From assembly GCA_009602725.1 (NCBI GenBank), contig WELB01000005.1, forward strand, positions 597,615-641,928: a stretch of 44,314 bases of DNA. Direction: 5' to 3'. This document shows, one piece after another, positions 35,801 to 44,314 of this stretch. The DNA is from Spirogloea muscicola (taxonomy: Eukaryota). A program made the position numbers and the translations under genes. The notes under the pieces are model-generated. The model saw only the letters and a program-made list of their open reading frames with translations, had not been told where the DNA came from and did no database searches. Position 1 is the stretch's first letter, and each line of letters starts with the position of its first letter.

Positions 35801-36216
35801 GTTTGAAGCGCGTCCAATGCATTCGCACCGACTACGACCCCAAGGTGTTCCTGACCAACCCTCGGATGGAGATGGTCAATCAGGTACCTATCCTCCCTCA
35901 CTGACGGAAGAGCTCTTCCATGTCCTCGTCATTTGCCTCCTCTCTTCATAGTTGCCCCTTGCAGGTAATTATTCCATATTTTAACTAGCTTCTACCAAGT
36001 TCTTTGCAGTTTGTGGCTGAAGCAGCAGCAATGATCAACAAAAAGCGTGCTAGCGAGGGTAAAGCCAAGCATGTAGAGGTACTGGATGCGTATGCCATAA
36101 TAAGAGCCCGAGAAGACAACACTCTCTTCCATTCTGATCAGACACACCCTTGTGATGAGGGATATAGGGAAATCAACCAAGTACTTCTGAACATGCTCTG
36201 TGAACAATCGACCTGA
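32861..36216 (+). CDS. Type II membrane protein with Ig-like segment and SGNH/PC-esterase domain (NXPE-like putative O-acyltransferase/esterase), about 10 exons, 5' end in gap
   Basis: TM segment LLLAVAVGVLLVEAAEVLW. Ig/filamin-like GNATYIVSF...GPHK|VDVRLEY...GSPFT|V. Then WRAYDCKY...CLQRKRVMVVGDS, VVLSVGLHD and VLDAYAI...SDQTHPCD...NQVLLNMLC stop. GT-AG splicing keeps frame. Confidence 0.75.
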
Positions 36217-36727
36217 TTGTACACATTTTTCGTGCAAAATATGCGTGAACATTCTGAGATTTCAAGCTAGTAGATGTACGTGTAACATATGTCCGCAAGG
36301 AGTACGGATGCTGAGGTTTTACCACTGATTGTAAGTGAGAAAGGTAGGTGATCTGGATAGCATCAAGCATGTATTCACAGAACGCCACAAATTGTACTAA
36401 ATGTCAAGCAACAGCTGCAATATATGCTGTACCTACGTACACTGTCTCCAATATGTCTGAGCAACATTTGTCACAGAAAGGTTAAGTGGATATTGAGGTG
36501 GGTGTATACAAGATTACAAAGGTAATCAAATCTAAACTTCCACTTTGGTGACTTGTTTCGTGGACCTGTTCAAAGATTATCTGCATGGTCATGTGAAAGT
36601 GAACATTGCTTGATGCAGTTTTTGGATTGGAATTGCAGGATATCATAGTATAGGATGTTAACTGATGTACAGTTGAAGTAACAGGTATTCTCCAATTTGT
36701 CATATCTTGTCTCCAAATACATAAAAA

Positions 36728-37560
36728 TGTTGGATATTATAACATGGTGAATTGGCGGGTCGGGGTGGGTGACCATCCCGCCCGTCTCATTGGGCCTTGT
36801 GAGTCTCCCCTGGATAAAGGAGGCCTCGGGCACTCATCGGGCTCTCACTCCTCATATCTGAGGCCACGCTGTGCGCCCGTGCGCCCTAGCCATGGCTGCC
36901 ACCCACCTTGGGTGAGGGCGGTTCCTGTGCTGTCTGTCTGACTGTTGACTGTCTGAGATCTGAATCTGTCTGGCGCCATGAGCGCATCTGCATCTGTGCC
37001 GCCGCGTCGAGGGCGGGTCTGCTGGGCCCGTAGACAAGGGCAAACGTCCGATGGGGGTTGCGACTGGCGGAAGGAAGAATCTGAGAACACTGACTACAAC
37101 AGACAGGAACAGGTACAGGAGCAGATAAAGGAGCGGTCAACCCAGGAATTTTAACAGGTTATGGGCCCACCCCTTGAGGGTTCCCTAGGTTCGCTCCCTG
37201 TTCTGACTTCCAAGCTAAGCCAGAGATACCAACTGGTTAGTCTGGAAGTATAAGTGAAGAAGCTGCTTCAGTTTCAAAATGACTGGGATGCTGTAGAGCC
37301 TCCTGCTGATCGACGGCTTTGTTGGCCCTTCTCTCGTGAGAATGTTGTAGCCTCAGCTATTCATGCAGCGAATCTGGCTGATGAAGAGGTCATAGGCGTT
37401 GTCAACCTTGTCTCTGGCCAGTGGCATCTGGGAGTACAAATGCTTGGATGGGCTCATCCTCCTCCTTTCTGCACTCGCCCACGCGCATGCTGAGGGTAGT
37501 AAAAGCCCTGTCAGTTTCGCTGTTCTCAAGCTTGTTCTTTGAGATCGTCGCAGATGCCAC
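36728..37560 (+). mobile_element. Ty1/Copia 5' LTR (36728-37156), primer-binding site (37157-37169) and degenerate gag start
   Basis: TGTT...AACA termini are followed immediately by GGTTATGGGCCCA, the half-tRNA-iMet PBS type known from Drosophila copia. Next is a frameshifted gag-like PKL...NWLVWKY/VKKLLQFQNDWDAVE. The left LTR boundary is less certain. Confidence 0.75.
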
Positions 37561-37745
37561 TGGCTATATAGATTTGCTGCAATTCATGCAGCAAATCTGG
37601 CTGATGAAGAGGTGATAGGCGTTGTCAGATTTGCTGCATGAATTGCTGAGGCTACAACATTCGCGGAACTGACAGGGCTTACTACCTCAGCATGCGCGTG
37701 GGCGAGTGCAGAAAGGAGGAGGATGAGCCCATCCAAGCATTTGTA
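37340..37745. repeat. Complex inverted (fold-back) repeat
   Basis: 37435-37520 is nearly the reverse complement of 37663-37745, and 37340-37376 of 37626-37662. A small hairpin lies at 37570-37598, and 37359-37404 is directly repeated at 37582-37627. Confidence 0.9.
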
Positions 37746-37852
37746 AGCAGAGTAGAATCATTAGCCTTTCAGCTGCACGACAATGGAGAGGAGGTTCCAG
37801 TCTGATTCCTAGTTTTTGCCATAATATTCACGGGGCTCCCGCCTGCATATGA

Positions 37853-38688
37853 CACTGTCAGAGATTCAGATGGTCAGCGCTGACAAACTGACTGTAGAAT
37901 ATGTGCTGGCTCGAGGAGTAACACCGATTTTGTCAGGGTCTTTGACAGAATATTGGATAGAAACCTCCAACACGTTCTCTGAAGACAGGTGCGCTGACGG
38001 ATTCTCTGATAATTTCTCTGACAGGTGCACAGCCAGCACTGCTGGCTGAACACCAATCTGAGTAAAATCTTCAACACCACTTTGAATCAATCGAGGTTTT
38101 GTCAGTAAACTGTTACTCGCAATCGTCGGAGCGGAACTTATGGTTAGAATTTGTCTGGGTGAAGATTAGTATGCAGGAGGGAACATTTGACGAATATGTA
38201 ATTGTTTCTTGTTATACACGTTCAATTTTGGGTAGGTTTCAGATTTTAATCGACAGATTTAGGTTGTTTTTGCACAATTGACTTGTTATTTGATAATTCC
38301 ATCTTGACAAGATGTAAGTAAGTAGTTTATAATGTAATTAAATTGTGCATTTTGAATGATAAGTATATAATATAAATTTGTTTTACTGAGAAAAAAAAAT
38401 TAATTTTCTTTTCGATTTATTTGTCTTATTTGTTTTACATTGTTTTTTCACATTTCTTACTTTACTTTCGATATTTTATAAAATTTTTTCTCTCTTCATC
38501 AGTCCATGTCTTTTTAATTTTTTATAATTTTTTCATTTTTTTATCTTACCATTTCTTTTTGAATTTAGATTTGTTTTATTTATTTTTCTATTTTTAAAGT
38601 AAAAAAGGAAAAAATCAATATTTCAGATTTATATATTATTTTTAATATGCATAGCATTATATTCAATCCATTGGAAAAATCTGACAGT
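37853..38688. mobile_element. AT-rich island, possibly a non-autonomous DNA transposon
   Basis: ACTGTCAGA (37854-37862) and TCTGACAGT (38680-38688) are inverted. There are many TCTGA/TCAGA motifs at the left end and a very AT-rich interior. No TSD was found. Confidence 0.3.
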
Positions 38689-38766
38689 AGAAAGTTGAAA
38701 TTTGATGTGTAATAGTTCACAGTTATGCATACTTGTACTAGCTGTCAATATCCTTATCCAATCTAA

Positions 38767-41546
38767 TTAGTAAGGATTGTAGTAATAAGTGGTGCCATGA
38801 GGATTTGCAACGCCAGTGTCTGGGAACAGTGTCTTGAAATTTTTCACTGGCCACCTTGGATCTTTGAAGATATGAGTTCTGTTCCATTGGAACACCTCCA
38901 CTGTCTTTGTACCGGGGCGATGGATTAAACCGAAACTGTGCAAGTTATAACAGAAGAAATGTGAGAAATGTGTGGGAATTTTTCTATTCAAAAACAATAT
39001 CTACAAATGATATTTTCTAGATTCAAAAATTTTTCTTTTACTTTATGGTTTTGAAGTATGGACATATGTTTCTTACTTCTTGAAATCCAAGAAGTAGTTG
39101 ATGAGTACAAAACGATTGTCATAAGAAGATTGAGTGCCTCCCAATCCTCCAGGATAAAAGGCAAGATAGTGAGGATTGGAACCCCTGGGAAGACTGCACA
39201 TGCCAGACGATTTTACTTAAGAAATGACCGATTTACAATCAACCTTGGTCAATGATAAACAATCAACAATGACAACCTGGCGTATTTGGGCAGTAAGATA
39301 TTGTATACATGGTAGACAGTGGTTATAATTTATCATGGCGAGAGTTATTTTTCTTGATGACAGACCTGTACACACTGACAATCCTGATATTTTCCGGGGT
39401 GCTGTAGTCGAAGTAAACAACCTTGTCGGCTGCATTGAGAGTGACAAAACCAGTCTGCATGCAACAATAAGCAAGACGTGAGCGGAATAATTTCTTGTCA
39501 TATCAGTTGCTGATGACAAAGGTGGAACAGCTCACAACCTGCTTTGCAAAACGAAGATTAGGGCACTTACACGCCGATCATCCCCAAGAATGAAGTAGTG
39601 GGGATCAGCATTGGGAAGGTTATGGACTGTGAAGTCAAGAGCAACCGACCATGTGATGCCTGGTTTGCTGTCATAAAGAAGACTAGAGGTCAGTATCATC
39701 GGAGGTGAAGAAGACTATAACCTTGGGCACTGAGCTAGTGTGTCATGCAGATAGAGAAGATTCTTCGTGTAGGCAAAACTTTTGGGTCTAGGGTTTACGA
39801 TACCGAACCTCTTGTCCAGATTGGGATCAAGGAGGTAAATTTTATTAGCATGCACGCCTGTTCCATAAAACCGCCCTTTCGGGTCATGAGGAAGATAGTG
39901 CACGACCAGGTTGCCAGAGTGAGGATCAACAATCCATGTGTCAATGATCTGACGTGTGCTGTACTTCCACAGTCTGAATGTGGGCTGTTCAAATCAAACA
40001 AATACAGGGTCAAGGCAAGTTCGGAAATATGCAACACAACTTTCTACGAGCTATTAATCAAAGCATGAAACATAGAACTGGCTTTAAACTCGCCAAATTA
40101 TCGTCCAAATAGGCATCTGAATTGAAGTTGCATGCGTTTATTTTGCGAACCATTAGCACCAGCGCACCTGGTAGTTGATGCCATGGTATACTGCTTGCGT
40201 GGCATTGAGTGCTGATGCAGGCTCAATGAAATCAGTGGTGACCAGGAGGTCAAGATCTTCGCGCACGGCAATGCCATGAATATTCAGTGTACCAAGAGAT
40301 ACAATGCCCTCCGGTTCCAAAAGGTTGGCAGTGTTGATTGGATTCGAGAAGAGACTGCCAATGGTGCCAATGATGCCTCCGAGAAAGCCGTTCAGGGAGG
40401 CAATATTGAGAGGGTTTATGGGTGGAAGCAATGGGTATTCAAACTTGACATTGCCGTTTCGGTCCAGCTCAGTTAGGCGGCCAATAGGCGTGCCAGCGCG
40501 GGTGCTCAGGCTGCGCACGATAGTGGCAGATTTTGCATTAGATGGTGAAATTGCAGACTGCAAAGCATTGGTCACGTACATGATACTCACAAAGACAAAG
40601 TAAGCGCATGCCCCTTAAGATATTCGTACATGGATGTATAAAGCTCTGATGCTTTTTCAGGTTTTATTTGTTGATATCAATTTAGGTACCTGCTCAGCAG
40701 GAAGCCGCCTGTCTCATTTACTGGGTAGAGCTCATCCGCAGCGCCGGAAAGCAGCGGATTAGCTGTCGCAATCTGGACAGGATTGCGAGGGTTTGTCGTA
40801 TCGAATATGAAGACTTGCTGCTGGAGCGGAATGGTGGCTGCAAAGGGGTACAGGAAAGACAAAATGCCAGCTGCTGCCACGCGCGTGTAGTCTGTATTGA
40901 ATGTCAGATGATGGGGCTGCACGACGTAACACGAGATCACTGAGTCAGAAACAGCGTTCTTACAGTCATGGGTCAGGAGTGGTGCTTGTCTACACAAAAC
41001 TATCATCTTCCGCTTAACAACTGCTGGAAGATGGGTCGCCAGGCAAGCCTGCAAGCTCTTTGCAGCTGCAGACGGGAGTCGAGATTTGTCCCACAATCGG
41101 ACCTCATTGCCACGGGCTGATGTGCCTTGAAGCTGCACTCGCTTTATGAAGTTGCCATAGGTGTGGGAGCTTCGGTTGAAGTCAAAGATGGCGATGAAGT
41201 CGGGGTGCAGGTGGTCGTCATCACCGGTCCACACGTAGAGCAGCTCGTCCTTCACAGGGTTTTTGGCCAGCACAGCCTGCCAAAAAGACAGTCGAAGTTC
41301 AGTCGACTGCAGTAGTACAGGGGATCCACTGCAATCGCCCAAACATGTGGCCGTGCCAGCAGAGACGCGGAGAGGTTGAGAGTGCAGCACAAGGGAGATG
41401 CATGCCGTCGTAGGGACAAGGGTGCCTGCAGCGGCCACGGCCGCAGCAAGCGAGTGCAGAGGCGGTGACCGCTTTGAGGCCTCGAGGCTCACCTGAGCGG
41501 CGAGGCAGACGGCGGCCGCCACGAGGAGCAGCTGCAGGTAGGCCAT
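38767..41546 (-). CDS. Secreted selenium-binding protein / methanethiol-oxidase-like beta-propeller, bacterial-type, about 9 exons
   Basis: Signal peptide MAYLQLLLVAAAVCLAAQ|AVLA. Then LYVWTGDDDHLHPDFIAIFDF...YGNFIKRV...GNE|PHH, VFIFDTTNPRNP, GRLTELD, NIHGIAVREDLDLLVTTDF, FRLW...LPHDPKGRFY, DPHYF, NPHY...INYFL and ANPHG...Y stop. First exons: 41493-41546, 41103-41276, 40690-40916, 40168-40510. Confidence 0.8.
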
Positions 41547-41859
41547 GCCGGCGGGAGCGGCCTGCAGGGACGGCGGTGGGCGTACGAAAGATGAAATTGT
41601 GTACGAGAGGCGGGCTGTCTTATACACGAAGCAGCGAGTCTGGGTCCGCCGCAAGCCCGGGAGGGGAGGGGCCAGCGCCGCCCGCGTCGCCGGGCCAGGT
41701 GCGGTGCATCGGGGAGCGTGACTCGCGAGCGTGACACCTCGCGAGGTGGAACGGGGCGGTTGGAGGGTGTGTCGAGTGATGGGCCGGAGTGGGAGGGGAG
41801 AGAGGGAAAGAGGGGGAGGAGAGAGGAGAGGGAGATCGAGAAAAAGCCCGGCCAGGGGA

Positions 41860-43210
41860 CCCGCCCTACCAGGAGACCAGGTTCTCGGACCTGCGGCTGC
41901 TCAACGATGGTTACTGAGTCTTTCGTAGCTTCGTGAATCCCTGGGTGCTTTAGCGCTTTCTCTGGGCCATTCGGACTTTGTTCATTCTAATTTTCCTGGG
42001 CTGGCCTCTCACAGCCACCGCCCTCCTCTAGAAGCGTCCCTCTTCTGAAAGAGAGAGGGCGAGGCAGAGGAAGAGCGAGAGGGAGATGGGGAGGGGGAGA
42101 GAGAGATGCAGAGGCAATTTGAGAAGGGGGACAAGAGAGAGAGAGAGAGAGAGGGGGAGAGAGAGAGGGGCGGGGGGGGGGAGAGGAGAAAAGATGCCGT
42201 GGTACCCGGCGGCGGGGGCCAAGCGCTTGGATGCGGCTGCTGCTTTCGACGAGCGGCTGTGTTAGGCCAGTCAGATGCATACAGGTGTTCGTGACGGAGC
42301 CACAAACGCCGGGGACGCGCCGGGGCCGGGTGCATGCACGAGCGCGCGGGCCCCACGCCGCCCCCGCTACGCGCCGCCGGCGAGGCGACAAAAGAGACCG
42401 GCGAGATTCCCCTCGAGTCCGCCGGCAGCAGCCTGCCTTAATAATCGCCCGCGCAATCATCGGGGGGACTCCAAGAGGAGAGTAAAAGCAGCTCTCAAGC
42501 CCGGGCTGACCGCTCCATACGCGGCGGGTCGACCTGGTGGCAACCACGCCGGGCGGTAGCCCTCGAATCATCGCCGACGTGGTCATCACAGACGTGGTTG
42601 GCGGCTCCACGTCGGGGTTGCCTGCTTCGAAGCGCGGTCCATGGCCCACGCCTTGCATCTGCGTGCTGGCCGTGCTCTAGCTGCAGCCTCTTGCTTCCGT
42701 TAGGGGGTTTGCTTTCCGGCTGCTAGTCTTTCTGATTTACGGTTCTTCACTAGAGCTTACCAAGTGATTGTCCTACTCCTACTGGGGAAGCTCTGCGAAA
42801 ACACTTTGACCCCTTCGGACCTTCTCAATTCATTGGGGCTAGCTGTTCACAGCCCTTGCCCCCTCCTGGGAGAGCCACTTTCTTCGAAGGCTGGGCATGC
42901 AGCAGCGAACGCCGCTCGTGGCAAAGAGGCCAAGACGCGGACCACCCGGAAGAAGTTTCGTTTTACTCGCCATTAACGTGCATGGTGCTTCCAAGTGCAG
43001 TGGCTAGACCCTGTTGACCCAGCTTGCGCGCTGCACTGTGACACGCAGGCGGGGCGAGCAGGCCGACTTCAACGCCGCTGCCTCGCTAGCGCGCGTGTAT
43101 TCGCATGCGCCTCCCCTTCTCCCTCCAGTGGTTCATGCCCCACGCCTTGCATTCTTTCTGGGCTGGTTTTGCCAGCCCTTCTTCTCTATGGGCGAGCAAA
43201 TTCTTTCTTT
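41860..43210. mobile_element. Nest of LINE fragments upstream of the selenium-binding-like gene
   Basis: FSDLRLLNDGY stop plus 3' UTR (41860-42025, +). Family C end (42228-42303, -). RRVDLVA...IIADVVITD nuclease motif joined to RSMAHALHLRAG and a family A-like UTR (42510-42885, +). Family B end (43150-43210, +). Confidence 0.8.
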
Positions 43211-43233
43211 GAGTGAGAGCGAGAGATGAGAGA

Positions 43234-43320
<87 letters not shown>
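43211..43320. repeat. (GA)n microsatellite
   Basis: About 100 bp of nearly pure GA directly after a LINE tail. Confidence 0.95.
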
Positions 43321-43324
<4 letters not shown>

Positions 43325-43582
43325 CGGGAGAGCGCGGGAGCGAGCGCGCGGGCGGGGGAGGGAGGGGGGTCACGCGGGGACTCGGGCTGTGCTTCTCGCG
43401 CTCCGGTTGGGGGTTCGAATCCCAACCCTGGCGCCAAAACCGCCGCTGCTCAATGTTGCTGCCGGTGTCAAGCAACGCTTGTATTGTGAGATGGAGTTGC
43501 TGAGTGGGAAAAGGGCTACTGAATAAAGCTCCGTATTTGCCTAGCCCTGTTGCTCCGCCGATGTAATTCTGAACCCCTTCTA

Positions 43583-43721
43583 CAGTCATACCTCGTTATA
43601 GGCACCCACGGATAAGGGCACACTAGGGCAATCCCTCGATAGTGGCACCTTTTTGCGGGAAGCACTTTCTTCCCCAGGCAAAAGTGACTCGATAAGGGAA
43701 CGTGCCGTTATGTACAGGCAC
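43583..43721 (+). mobile_element. Left end of a pogo/Tigger-like (Tc1/mariner superfamily) DNA transposon
   Basis: TA|CAGTCATACCTCG resembles Tigger termini (CAGGCATACCTCG). Five related CG(A/T)TA..GG(C/A)AC motifs lie at 43594, 43609, 43637, 43690 and 43706. No right-hand TIR is in the window. Confidence 0.55.
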
Positions 43722-43869
43722 AGTTTTTCGGGGCAAATTCCCCCACTAGAAGTTGCCTATATGAAAACAAATCAACATGTCTCTTATATTCTCTACAGGC
43801 CGGGGGGTAATGAACCGGGCGCGAGGGTTTGGGGCTTTACTGCTCGAAAAGCCAGCGCCGAGCGGCTCA

Positions 43870-44190
43870 CTACCGTCTCCCCGACGGGCCCCACCAGTCT
43901 CCGTGTCTCCCAGACGGCCCCCACCCTTCTCCAAGCCACGGCGTCAGGAGGCCCTCGTTGAGACCGCTACTCGCCGCTAGCGCCGCTTCCAGGCGGTCGT
44001 CGTCGACGGCTTCGTCGCGGAACGAGCCTCGTCGGCCCACAGGAAACACAAGGCGCACGGGAGCTGCCTTCTCGTCGGCCTCGAAGCGAGGCGAGGCTTT
44101 TGGCGCCACCGCCTTCGCCTGCGCCTGCTGCCACCGCCGCCTGCGCTCGCGGCGCCTGCGGCAGCAAGCGGCAGCCGCGGCAAGCAGCAA
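43870..44190 (-). CDS. Possible terminal exon or gene fragment, product unknown
   Basis: GC-rich 106-codon frame (LLAAAAACCRRRRERRRR...) resembling the cytosolic tail after a membrane anchor. No recognisable domain. Confidence 0.2.
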   Translation of the reverse strand: MLLAAAAACCRRRRERRRRWQQAQAKAVAPKASPRFEADEKAAPVRLVFPVGRRGSFRDEAVDDDRLEAALAASSGLNEGLLTPWLGEGWGPSGRHGDWWGPSGRR

Positions 44191-44314
44191 CCTCTAGTTG
44201 GAGGGGCCCTCCACTCGCTACTTATCCTTGTGGTAAGCTTCTCCTCCGACAGTCATGGCTTCGGATTCTTGGTTGCTCGCACTTGCTGCTGTGAGGGCAC
44301 GGCCTGCGCATGCC

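Noticed and set aside
42228..42303. Hammerhead or HDV-like ribozyme (CTGA...GAAA on the minus strand)
   Set aside because: The CUGANGA core and required helices could not be built, and the sister copies at 6521 and 14613 lack GAAA.
43086..43589. SLSLSL / RERERE ORFs
   Set aside because: These are translations of the (GA)n microsatellite.

Overview
This is eukaryotic nuclear DNA from the green lineage. Land-plant-like ClpP4, CYP97B, DiT1 and RRP41L proteins in a GC-rich, intron-rich context suggest a streptophyte alga (inference). Ten intron-containing genes can be traced by hand: CYP97B (+), DiT1 (-), ClpP4 (+), RabF2/Rab5 (-), ataxin-10-like (+), mitochondrial-type EF-Ts (-), an RluA-family pseudouridine synthase (+), exosome RRP41L/MTR3 (-), an NXPE/PC-esterase-like SGNH protein (+) and a secreted bacterial-type selenium-binding/methanethiol-oxidase-like protein (-). 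Most are in head-to-head pairs whose GC-rich 5' ends fall in or beside assembly gaps. The non-genic DNA is dominated by nested, 5'-truncated copies of several families of one restriction-like-endonuclease (RLE, CRE-like) non-LTR retrotransposon clade. These share a conserved 3'-UTR stem-loop, lie mostly upstream of genes, insert into one another with target-site duplications (TSDs), and include a clear twin-priming-type inversion. Also present are a Copia 5' LTR with a half-tRNA primer site and a fold-back gag remnant, a pogo/Tigger-like terminus, an AT-rich island and a degenerate tandem repeat. No CRISPR array, rRNA gene or complete tRNA gene was seen. Exon and repeat boundaries were read by eye and are approximate where marked ~; family assignments come from motif recognition, not database searches.
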